Shown: one piece after another, positions 36,801 to 48,500 of the stretch
How positions within the stretch are numbered: the first letter of the stretch is position 1
How the letters are laid out: the number at the start of each line of letters is the position of its first letter
NCBI GenBank assembly: GCA_012295275.1
Contig: CM022665.1
Location: forward strand, 46,004,001-46,068,000
DNA length: 64,000 nt
Source of the DNA: Chrysomallon squamiferum
Taxonomy: Eukaryota > Animalia > Mollusca
Direction of reading: 5' to 3'
Made by a program: the position numbers and the translations under genes
Notes under the pieces: generated by a model
What the model saw: only the letters and a program-made list of their open reading frames with translations
The model's database searches: none
Told to the model about the DNA's origin: nothing

Positions 36801-39429
36801 TCGCTGCGATACTATTGTAAGTGTGACTCTGATAATTTGACTAATAATAAAATCTTGTTTATAAAAACTGTTTAAGATTTTAAATAGAGAGAGAATGATT
36901 TATGATGCCGATAATTTAATTTATAATAAAATCTGTTTTATATAAAATTTAAATACAGTGAATTACCAGTAAAAGCAGTATTTGATTATTTTAAAATGCA
37001 TTACTAAATAGTTTTATTTTTTTATACATTTTTTATATATATATTTTTTTTATCTATATGAAAATTTTTTATTCTATTTTTAGACATTTTGTTTTTCTTG
37101 AGATTTGTTACATCTATCTGTTTACAGTTAAATGTTATTGCTGCATCAGTTGTAACAGAGACGCGAATATTTAAGCAATTTAAAATAACCCAAAAACATT
37201 TATCATTTGTTTCCATGTATAGTTTATCTTTCTGCAGATACATACTCAAAAAAAAAAAAAAAAAAAAAAATTGGTTCTGTTTGTATTAGTGTTGAACATT
37301 TTATTTAAAAAAATTTGTTATAAGATTTCTGTTATGGAACTGCATGTCTATAATTAGTTTGATAATTTGATATATAGTTAACAGTGGTGTTTTTTTTTTT
37401 TTAACTTAGACGGACCCACAAACAACAAGAAGCCCAAGGAAGGAATTCCTGTCTACGAAACATCAGAAAATCTTGAAAATCCGCTGAGATGTCCTGTCAA
37501 ACTCTACGAGTTCTATCTGTCAAAGGCGTACGTTGCTTTATTTTTTATTTTTATCTTTAATATTTTTTTTTAAATTTTAATTAATGCATCAAGCCACCAG
37601 ATGGTGCCAAGCTAATATTTTGTATTGGAAAATCACAATATTACAAGAAGTTCAGAGTTAATTTTTTTTCTTCTAATATTTATCATTGGGAAAGTAATCC
37701 TTAAATAAAATTTTTTTTTGTTAAAAAAAAAAAAAAAAATGTAATAACATACTTGTTTTAACATAAATATGCAGAAAAGACATCTTCAGCATATTAAGAA
37801 AAAAGTTAAACAATTGGGTATATTAATATAATTTAGCAAAGACATTGTGAGCCAGATTCGTTTTAAAAAAAATTGTATTATGTTAATGAATTATAACAAA
37901 TATGTTTATGTGTAAAGATGTTTGTGAAGATTTTGTCAGAATTACTTAACATTAAAATATTAAACAGTGATGTCATTAAATACAAAAAAAAAAAGGCTTT
38001 GTTCTTTGGTAAATTCTGATCTTGTTTTTTTTAAAAAAAAGAAAAAAACCTCCATATTGTTTTTGTAATTACTGGATAGATACTCAGTTTCTGATGGCTG
38101 ATGCATATAAAAAGTACAAGATAATTAATTTACTCATAGTTAAAAGTGGCAATGACATTTGTTGAGACTGTTATTAAAGGGAGATGATCAGGGTAAATGT
38201 TTGTGTAAATGTCCCTAAAACTCCCCTCTCTGGGATTTCTTTTTGTTTGATAGGGTCAACATTGGTGCTAAAGGAGCTGATACTTTTGTCACAAGTCCAG
38301 CTCGTTCCAGGTAAACCACTTCCTGCCATCCATCTTAGTAGTCCAGGATGCATTTCAAACAGGAAGTGACATCATCAAACTGGAAACTGCTATCAGCTTC
38401 TGTAAAAATGCTCTGTGAAAAAAAAAAAAAAAAAAAAAAATGTCTTGCTTTTGTCTAGTTCTAGATTTGACATCAGAAACTGAAAATTTGGAAAAGACAT
38501 AAATTTTTAATTAATATAAATGAGTTTATAAGTCGTTATTTTCACGACATTAACAAAAATACTGTCACTGAAGGGAAAATAATTTCATTTTCCTCACAAA
38601 TAAAATCAAAATTAAATTTCATTCTCTGAAGCCTAAACTGATCTTATCAAAATTTAGAAATACCCAATACATTTTGTTTGGCACTCAATAATTTGACTGT
38701 TTTGTCATTATTTAAAGAAAAAGAAAAAAAATAATGTTACGTTAATATTTATAAGAGTTATATATATCTACATAAATGGCAATGCGTAGTGATATGTCAG
38801 CATTTATTATTATAACATTAATTTTATGCTTGGCTTGGTCTATTTAACTATATGATGTATTAACTGCAGTTTATATTTTTAAATATTACTTAAGAATTAT
38901 TTGAATAACATTTAAAATTTGTTGGCACTTCTATTGCTTCTTAATTTTTTGCACTTGTGGGTGTGTCATTCTTTTTTAAATTATAAGAACAAAAATTTAA
39001 ATATTGCGTTACAAATTCAATAGCATCATTTTAAATTTTATAATAATTATGCTGGTAATAATAATAATAAGGGTTCTGGGGGGTTATGAGGGATGGGGTA
39101 GTTTGTTTACTTTTTATAAAAAAAAAAAAAAATTTTGTTTTGTTATCAACACACCATTTTAAAATATATTTAAATAATAAAAATCGTTTGCCAACACGCT
39201 ATTCATAATGAGTTTTTGGTTGTCTGTTGTTTATTTCAGACCGGAGAGTATTAAGAACAGAAACGATCTGTTTTACCTTCTTCCCGAGCGTAGCTGTGTT
39301 CCAGACAGTCCTGTGTGGTACTCCACGCAGTCGATTCCCGTGGAAACCATGTCGAAGATGTTGTGCAGAATTCTTCTAGTCAGAGAAATACAGGAAGCTC
39401 ACCTTCATGCTCAGCCAGTCTATGTGTAG
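19506..39429 (+). CDS. ZMYM4: Zinc finger MYM-type protein (ZMYM2/3/4, woc-like) with C-terminal DUF3504, 17 coding exons, about 1733 aa
   Basis: Exons: 19506-19556 (least certain), 22870-24483, 24906-24951, 25353-25435, 25868-27269, 27643-27684, 28009-28077, 28441-28535, 31144-31312, 31966-32144, 32620-32758, 33420-33587, 34452-34913, 35518-35643, 36568-36816, 37410-37527, 39240-39429; phases consistent, total 5202 nt. Long acidic N-terminus, tandem MYM fingers (CxxC...FCSxxC; [16 protein letters not shown]), [18 protein letters not shown] repeat, [49 protein letters not shown]. Symbol is family-level (co-ortholog of ZMYM2/3/4). Confidence 0.95.
20451..22635. repeat. Three copies of a 65-70 bp motif containing ATGACG(T/C)CA.GTCGTTGATAG: 20451-20517 (+), 21459-21529 (+), about 22572-22635 (-)
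   Basis: Copies 1 and 2 are nearly identical (gttagacagaaaacctg.attcatgacgtcaagtcgttgatagaa.tca.ca...ttcgattgactgc); copy 3 reads acagaaag..atgacgccatgtcgttgatag..gtttgatcaactgctg on the minus strand. Confidence 0.75.
20560..20892 (+). CDS. THAP zinc-finger domain exon (111 aa) in ZMYM intron 1; candidate alternative first coding exon or transposase fragment
   Basis: [11 protein letters not shown]...FCVP...W...VCIDHF...LTEDAVPTL carries the C2CH signature, the conserved P/W/F residues and the AVPT box; followed by a basic stretch and a phase-0 donor AAG|GTAAAC at 20892/20893; upstream acceptor TTGTTAG at 20455. Confidence 0.8.
29076..30963 (+). mobile_element. Non-autonomous or decayed DNA transposon relic in ZMYM intron 8 (GAG termini, possibly Sola-like)
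   Basis: Imperfect terminal inverted repeats GAGGACACGAACAGTGGG (29076-29093) and CCCACTGTTCGTCTGTCCTC (30944-30963); internal donor CAG|GTAAGC at about 29685 and acceptor TTTTTGCAG at 30349; frameshifted K/R-rich ORF pieces at 30478-30928. No clean TSD seen. Confidence 0.55.
30478..30928 (+). pseudogene. Frameshifted K/R/E-rich helical ORF ([18 protein letters not shown]... / [17 protein letters not shown]...VRRWRAEQR), probably a transposon protein N-terminus
   Basis: Two overlapping ORFs (30478-30672 and 30584-30928) that read as one protein across a frameshift near 30582, inside the TIR-bounded element. Confidence 0.5.
33975..34480 (+). repeat. Tandem duplication (80-108 bp units) of the 3' splice site and first about 29 nt of ZMYM exon 13
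   Basis: (T)nCACAG|AACCCAC.CAA.TGGTTCA.GTC.CAAGAC occurs with the AG ending at 34053, 34134, 34242, 34349 and 34451, plus a partial copy at about 33975. Confidence 0.9.
34929..35105. repeat. Minisatellite, about 57 bp x3
   Basis: ttacctt(gtt)n..tgtcctat.tcatcataatgatagtg.t.gtgataacg repeated three times. Confidence 0.85.
35688..36560. repeat. Degenerate tandem repeat filling ZMYM intron 14
   Basis: Recurrent blocks ataccttatt..ttaca(a/g)gtaat, gttactttatctcagtgactt and gtaaaata.ggttatttggca. Confidence 0.65.
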
Positions 39430-39467
39430 ACATTCGTCATTTTGAAAACATTTCCATTCTTTGTCTC

Positions 39468-39498
<31 letters not shown>

Positions 39499-40601
39499 CT
39501 GTGGGGGAGTGATTGTTATTTCTTTTATTTTTATTACACTGTTATGGTGGGGAAACATTTGTTTAATATTTTGTATTTTGAATTTTTTTTTTTTTAAATC
39601 TTCAAAATGGCAGTTTTACCTTTGTGCATGTTTTTGTTTTGTTTCATGTTTAATGTTATTTCATTAAATAGATTGTCATGTAAAAACAGAACAGAAATTA
39701 TTACGTCTACAGTTGTTAAATACAGTTATTATTAACTGTAGAAATTGCATTTAAAAATTTTGTCCAGCTTGTATAAAGTAAATTCATTGTTAGTAATTTT
39801 GATATTTTGAATATAATTTAATTCTCATTACGATAATTAATGTACTTTTCTAAAAATAGTGGTTAAGGAAGGCTGGTTGTTTTATTTTGATTTGATTTTT
39901 TTAAAATAAGTTAAAAATGTATAAATCATGTTTATATTTTTATATAAATGATTTAAATTTGCAGAGGGAAAACTGTGTAAAAGGCTGTTTGTATGTGTGT
40001 GTGTGTGTGTGATATTTTCTTTTCAAAATACTGGATATTATATTTCATGAATTTAAAAGTGTTCTGTTTCCATGAGAGAAAACAAATTTGAAAATTTTCA
40101 ACTTGAAAGAAGGTTAAAATTTATATTCAAAAATGTTTTGTTATGGTTTTGGAAGGTGTTTTTTTAGGGGGGGGGGAAGACATATTTGGTTTGTTTGGTT
40201 TTGTTTTTGATAATTTTCAGTTTTGTGACAAACTCATTTAGTGTTTTTAAAAATTGTTACTTGAAAATATTAAAAAGCAAATTCATTTAACAGGTCAGAA
40301 CTGTTTTCCTTTTTTTTTTTTTTTAGACAATCATTTTTAATTAATAGATCTTGTAGTTTATTTGTTGCAGCTTGTTTCGTTTAAAGAAAAAATACATGTT
40401 CAGCATTTTCTCATGTTTCAGAACAAGGTAAAATTAATGATTTGTTGTGAGGGTTTTTTTAATATCAAGGATAAAATTATACAGATTGTAATAAAATGTT
40501 TTATTACAGAAAAATCTTTTTTTTATATGTTTTCATTTTTACATTTTGTAACTGTTGTATGGAAATGTCAAACATTTCATGGCACATTGTTAATACTATT
40601 C

Positions 40602-40607
40602 AATAAA
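40602..40607 (+). terminator. Candidate polyadenylation signal (AATAAA) for ZMYM
   Basis: AATAAA about 1.2 kb after the stop, followed by T/GT-rich sequence; the motif is common in AT-rich DNA. Confidence 0.4.
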
Positions 40608-43575
40608 GACATCCTTTTTGTATATTTGTCATTTCTTGAACATTTGTAGAATTTTCTGGAATGCATGAAGATGGTTTGCTTCATTTTCATGAAATCTGTT
40701 TTTAAAACATTAACTTCACTGTTATTATTTTGGAAATGTGTCCATTATTTGAATTAACTTTTCGGTTTTCAGAGATATTTGGTTAACTGAGGTTTCAAGA
40801 AATGGGGTTTACAAGACGTACACACAGTTAAAAAAAAAAAAAAAAAAGTTTCACACAGAAACAAATTCGTTAGTAAGATATGTTAATTTCATTCCTAATA
40901 AGCACAGTGCACATTTATTTCTGTTACAAACAAATGATCTGAATATATTTCAATGTTAGGTTCATTAATTTTATGTTGTAAATATCCTCATTGCATGTCA
41001 CATGTACTTGAGTAATAATGGCAGACATGTACATTCCTGGTTTTGTATGGGATTTCAATCTCAAATGCTTTTTATTATTCAATTACTGTTGGATTTTCGT
41101 TTGTTTTTTTCATTTTTTTTTTTTTTCTTTTATTATTATTATTATTTTTTTAAATTACACATCTTTTTTACCAGACCTTGCCATATTTTTATCTACAGAT
41201 GTTCTTACGTCCATATGTGTTTCCCTTTGTCTTTTCACCATTGTCAAAGATTTCTGAAAGATTTTACTCTCCGTTAGGCATTACATTCCTAAAACACTGG
41301 GGCAAAGTGACAGTAACAGTATATATTATGTTTAAACATCGTATTAATTCTTGGTAAAAAAAACTGATTGTTTAAACAGCAGTGGTAAGAGTAAGTTAAG
41401 GGTAGTAATGGCAGGTTTCTTTTACATCAAAGGATTAAACAAATGAAAGGTCAAAAAAAAAATAAAAATAAAAAATTTAAAATTTAAAATAGAGAAATTC
41501 ATTTCTGTTTGGTTTTGAAAGTAACATTAATATTTTTACATGTCTATTATTATCCACTAAAAAGTGCGAACATGCTTGGAAACAATTTAACCGTATTTTT
41601 GAGAAAATCTTTAATAAATAAAACATGTCATTATTTTAAATATTCCAGTTTGTCAGTAAAACAAGCAAATAATACATAAGTAAAGGCAATAGAAAAATAA
41701 AGATTAATCTTTAATAAATAAAACAGTATGACATTTTTTAATAATTTCTATTTGTTAGCGTAATAATATTTAATAAACAAAAAAATAAGAAATTATTTTA
41801 ATAATTTCTGTTTGTGAGTATAACAAGCATATAACACAAAAGGGAATAAAGAAATAATTATAATGATCTTTAATTAATGAAATAATATGAAAGTATTTTA
41901 ATATTTTCAGTTTGTTAGTATAAGCAAATAAAAATAAAGGCAATAGAGAAATAATAATGTACATTAAAGACAATCCCATGCTATTGATATTCACCTAGGA
42001 CTTAAATTTTACAATTTATAATTTACTGTTGACAAACTTGGACCAACAACAAATTGTTGTGCCCAATTCATTTTTTTTAAAATCGGATTAAAAACTGCTG
42101 TTGCAGTGATGAATGAGAAATAGAAAACAGTTTCAGGTGTTTAAGTCATTACAGTCTAACTTAGGTAGGCTGACCAACTTAATTATGAAAATTACTATTC
42201 TGACTTTACATCTAACAAGTGTTTATGCAATATCAGTAAAATACAAATATATATCTATATTTTGCACAACAAAACCTCATAAAACCTTTTTTTCTTTTTT
42301 GTTACAATTATGTATTTGTGTATTGCACAGTAAATGTATGCATTAAATGTTTTTAAAAATGAACCTATAACCACATTGATAAAAATTGTCATGCATTTGT
42401 ACTACTGAGGTTTTTGTATAAATTATTAGTCATTTTCATTAAATAATAAAAAGTAATTCCTAAAACACACGTATACACACACTGAGAAATGTAGTTATCA
42501 ATACAAGCACATGTACTCTGATGGAATGCATTTAACTGTTTGCCTTAATTTTAAATTACTAGTTTTTACCACATCTATCACAGGTAACTTTTTAATTTAG
42601 ATAATATAGATAAAATAATCTATATATATATTAAATCCTAGTTAAAAATACTATAGATTTTTCTGGTTTTAAGATATTAATATACTGAATCATTCAAAGG
42701 AGTGTTGAAATTAATTCTTTTCATCATTTTTTCAGAAAAATGAATCAGATTTCTTGAATTAACTTTTAACCCAGTGTTGTGTTATAACACAAACTTACTA
42801 TTTTTCAAGAATTTCTAATTAACAGAACATTCAATATGTGAAACTACAGATATAGTTAATTTATAAACAATAGCTTGAGGAATCATGGTTAATACTATTA
42901 AAATCATATTCTAAAAGATTCTTACAATTTAATAAAAATTTTTTTTTTTTTAAAATTCAACACCATAATAACTGTCTATTTTGTCTTCTAAAAAAAATAT
43001 GATGCAGGCCTAATTGGGCCTACGTTGACCAAAATATTTGTTAAGTTATTTCCAGATACCGGTCAGTACATAAAGAAATGATGCTTAATCTCATACCTTG
43101 GTACATTCCTTTACATATCTACAAAAAGTCTTAATTCTGTTATTTATTCATATCTACACAGCACATTGCTTTAAAACAAAAGATTGAGATTAGCAACACC
43201 ACTTCACTAAAAATTTCTGAATTTAGGAAATGTTAAAACACTTTCAAAACTGCTTGAAAGGTACTGAAATGTAACTGAACACACAATATCAGTGCACTAT
43301 TCTGTACAGATGTTTCATTAATTTTTTTTTACCAGTTGCACCAGTATTTCATTTAATTTTTCTCATACACACCAAAAAAATATTTCAGCTATGAGTTCTT
43401 TCATGCACACCACACTGTATTTTGCTTGTAAATGCAGATACTTTTTTTTTTACAATTTTTCACTAAATCTCCATCCTCCTCAATACAATACTTCAGATAA
43501 GTTTCTCAAACACTGCCACAAATGTTTCAAAATATCACTGACACTGTACATGTTTCACATACTCCAAGCACCATT

Positions 43576-43990
43576 TCAGGTGATTTTCTCTGATTTCAAA
43601 AATTTGTATTCCTAGAAAATGAAGATAAATAATACAGTAAGTTTGATCTGTGTGTGCATGTGTTATTTGTTATCTCAAAATATTTTAGCCATGTATTGTT
43701 TTTGTGCTGGTAAACATACTTCTGTTTTTTAATCATCAGCTAGAATAAAACTGAATAACAGTAGTCACAGTGAGACTGTTCAGGTTTCAGGTTATCAATA
43801 TTTGATGTTTTTTGTTTTTTCAAAATTTATTACATGGCGTGTTTTCGCTAATTGAAATACGATCTGTCATTAAATCAGCCAAGAGAAATTTGCATATGAG
43901 TGCTAGAGGGTTAAAGCATTTATGTACTGTACACACATTTCAGAAAATGATTTTTGCATGTGGGTCTGTGTGTAAGTGTCTAAATGTACC

Positions 43991-44022
<32 letters not shown>

Positions 44023-45508
44023 TATGTATGTATGTATGTATGTATTATCTTCCTACATCTGTGTGTTCTTTGAGCCACAATGCTTACCTCATACTCTCTG
44101 TCAGACAGAACACCAACTACAGCAACAATCTGGTACTGCTTAGCCCGGAGTCCGTTGAGAGGTCTCCTCAAACTCCTCATCAAGTATCCAGTCACTTTGC
44201 CGTAGAACTGCTCCATCTGTCGTTTGGGAGAGCTCGGATCAAACAGCAGCAGACGCAAAGATTTGTCTCTCATCTCCTCAACTCCTATAACTGTTCTGCT
44301 GTGTCCTAAATAAAACAAAAATAAAGAATTTGAAACTAAAGTGTTTTTTTTTTTCACAAGTTGATTAAATGGATGGTTATTTAACAATGCTTCTGTATTG
44401 ATGTTTGCTAACTATCATTCAAATGTTCAGTTTGTTTTGTTTATTTTTGGGGGTAGAGGTTGGGGAGTTTTTTGGTGTGTGTGTGGTTTTGGGAGTCTTT
44501 TTTCCTCTTTTTTTTCTCTTTGATAATGATGTTACTGGAGAAAAAATATTGTTCCATTGACTATTTTGTCAGATTAGCAACCTTCTCATAAACAGGACAA
44601 CACAAATCACTAGTTGAAATGACAATTTAGTCAATATCTTGCTATGTAAGCTGGTTGCCTGTATAATTTTATCTTACCTGTTTGATAAAGAAATAAGTAT
44701 TTAAAAAAATTAGTTGGTAGAAACAAAAGTTTGTTGAGTTTTTCAAAAGGAGCTGTTTTAGCATGTGATTTCATTTCTCATGTGTTTGAAATATATGACA
44801 TAAAAACATATTCTGAAAGGTGAACATTATGAAACATGTGAGGTTAAACAAATCTATGTCCAAAAATCTCAATACTGTCTTTGAATTTTAGATAAGAAAA
44901 TGCTATGAACTTTTGTTTCCAACCCAGTAGATTCGATTATATTAAATTTTTCAGCAGAGACTGAGTTTAAAAAAAAAAAAAAAATATATATAAACCTTAC
45001 CTTGATGTTGCAAATATAGTGGAGGTTTGAAATCTTCTTCTTTCTCAAAGTAATTCTTCACCCACTCAAACAATTTTGGGTGTGTCCCACCTTTACCAGT
45101 AGGATTTTGGAAGTCAACAAGTTTACATCTACAGATATAGACTAAAAGCAATCAGTTATACGTATACTTTCTGTTGTTACACAACACAAGATATTGCTGT
45201 TATTGCAATATAATTATGTTACTGAGAAAACTGTATTTTTGTTATACTAAATGCTATAAAGTGTTCAAAAAAATATGAGATTAAAAAGGTATTCTGATTC
45301 AGATAATGGAAATAGAGCAAAATATTAATACTCTAGTGTGTAATATTTATATTTTCATACTTTATATTTATATAATTAAAAACCTGTGTGTAATGCATGT
45401 GTATGTGTGTTTTAAAATATATATATATATATATGAATGTGTCAGTGTGACTCTATGTTTATGCAGATATATATGTATATATCTGTGTGTATGTAGTATG
45501 TGTGTGTG

Positions 45509-45540
<32 letters not shown>

Positions 45541-48500
45541 CATAACTGTGTCTATATGTATATGCAGATATACATACGTGTGTGTAATATTGTTATTAGT
45601 TTATGCAGCCTCTAATCAGTAATAGAACACTGTCATCATCAGCATTAATCTGTATCACATTTAACCTAAAAGTCTGCGTACTTTATTTTGAAAGCTGACA
45701 GCAGTGCTACGATTTCTGTTGCTCCAATCCACTTGCGAGTGTTGACCACGCGACCTCCCAGCTGTTCACACCCCTGGCGATCGATTCCTTTGTTCCAGGC
45801 CATCTCAATCAGCTGCTGAATCTTTGGAATGGAAGGAATCAGAGGCTGATCTGGACAGACAGAAGACATTTACACAACTAAGGATTTCCTCGGATGTAAC
45901 TTTGGAAAAATGCTGTGTTCATTCAGCAGTGTTAGATGCAGTAATTAACGTCCAGTTTGAAAAAAATGTTAATGTGTTGATGAGGTTTTCAGCTTGAGAA
46001 GAATGAGTCATCAGTTTCAAATGTACATTAATGATAATGTTTGTTAAGAACAAGTGAAAGTGTACTGATGCTTTTTTGGGGTGTTTTTTTTTATCAGAAA
46101 AATGTGATGGATTTTGTAAATATATGATGCAACCATTTTTCTTCTGTGTTATAATTAAATGTAAACTGAGAATATACTGGACAAATTTACTGTATTTCAA
46201 AACAAATCTCAACTTGTAGGCTTAACGAATATGAAGAACAAATACACAGGTTTTACGACTATTAAAATTATTAAATAGATCTTATTGATATTCGATCATT
46301 ACTACCCTTGTATCGATGCTATTTCCTTGTGATAATAAGTAGCAAATAACAGCAGCACTTTTTAAATTAACAAACACATCTCTTAGACATGCCACATACT
46401 CATAAAACACATCTGCTTATGAAGAAATGTACCTGTTTCAAGATGGTTTAAATTAAACCAAATTTATGTTGAGCTAATTTTTTTCTTTTTTAATCTAGCT
46501 GTTTCAGTCAACAAGAAATATTTCAGCACATTCTGAATATGGCTTAAATTAAACAAATCGATGCAAGCACAATGTTTTCAAATTATGTACATCAAATATT
46601 TTTGCTAAAATTGCTCCTACCATTGAACAAAATTTTGCTGTACTGAGGATTATGAACTAAAGACGACAGCAACATCTGAAGATTGCGGTAGCCACAGCCC
46701 CACCCTTTGTCACCGTAGGACCCACTGTAGTGATCCACCGTGGTACACAGCCACGCCTTTTCCACATACCCCGGAGAATACCGGTGATACTTCTGTAGTC
46801 GAGAAATCAAATCTGAAAAAATTTAAAATATTTTAAAATTCGATATTTACCTGCTGTCTTCAATCATTTTTTTTTTTTTAAATAAAATAGAAATAAAAAA
46901 AGAGGTTAAATTTAAATTCTCTCATAAAATAAAGAAAATCTGTTCTGCTTATAATGACATGACTTTATAAATGAGACAACCTGAAATTTGCTCTGTATTT
47001 ATTTATTTTTTTTTTTTTTGGTTATATAGGAGAGTATAAATTTAATATGAGGGATATATGGTTAACTTGAAAAAGGTGTGTATCATTTACATTAGAACCT
47101 TGCTTATTACAAATGGTATGCCATTATTAGTGACAGAATACAGTATGTATTTAACAGATGATGTAGCAAGGGAAGTAGTCATATAATCAACATTATCACT
47201 GAAGTTTGGAATTTATTTAAATATAAATTTATATAAAACAGCTGCATTTAAAATTTACTATTAAACAACAATATTATCTTAATCTGTTTCACTTGTGGTA
47301 ATAGTGTTCCATTTTTTTTTTTTTTTTTTTACTGTAATGTGAAGAGGGAACCCCCCCCCCTAATTTCCAAAACAATACTGTTGAAAAATCTATTCCATTA
47401 CTTCTGCTTGTAAAATTTAAAACATATTCCTTTACTATTACTTTTTATTATTTAACAGCAGATGATCTTACATAGATGATACTTTCTTTTCTCCTGGAAC
47501 ACAAATATAAAAAAGTGTTTATCTATTAAATGAGAAAACAAACCTTTGGTACAAGAATGGCCATCATCAACACCGATGAGATCATTGGACTGCAACGTCG
47601 CTTTCTGACTGTGGTATTCTCCTATTGATATGTCTCCCTTCCACACTGCTTTTTCAAGACTTTTCTCATACTGGTCTTTGTAACTAGTTTTCTCATCCAT
47701 ACCATACATAGCCTGTTACAAAAATAATTTAAATTGCTATAAAAAAAACACAAAAAAAAATAATTTGAAAAAACTATATATATATATATAAATGTCTCTC
47801 ATTCAATAAAAATGCAGAAAATATATTTCAAATAAATTTGAAGATAATTATTAATTTAATAATAATAGTGCACATAATATCAGCAAATAGTTCATGAATT
47901 ACATATGCATTTAGTTATTTTAGAATTCTGAAAAGGTAGAAAGGCTTGATTGCGTATACATTCTGTTATAATGTAAAAGAACGTAAAAAGTGACCAAATT
48001 AACGTTATTTTAATAAATTCATTAAAACTGACATCACCTTTGTGATATTCAAAACAGATGTCACCTTTATAATATTTAAAACATGTCACATTTGTAATAT
48101 TTAAAATTAGTGTCATCTTTATAATATTTGGCATAAACCCTGTGATTTTTGTTTTCTCTAAAAAAATAACACATAATTTGTTTGTTTTTTGTGGTGTTTT
48201 TGTGGGGCTTTTTTTTCTGTTTTTTGTTTTTGTTTATGTTTTTTTAATTAAATTAAAAATAAAATACAAAACCTGTAAAGATTCAAAGTTTCTTTTTTCT
48301 CTGTCTGCTGCCTCAACTTCTTGTTTTTGAATTTCTTCTGCTAACTGTTTATCAGACAGAACACGATCTGCACAAAACAATGAAATGTATTATTTATATA
48401 AATTATCAATTTACAAAACAAAAGTATATATATGTGTGTGTGTCTGTGTGTATACATATTTATTTATTTAGAGAAGTTTATTTTTGGGGAGAAAAAATAA

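Noticed and set aside
42106-42175. GTGATGA...CTGA resembling C/D snoRNA boxes
   Set aside because: No terminal stem or recognisable rRNA guide, and it does not lie in a sense intron
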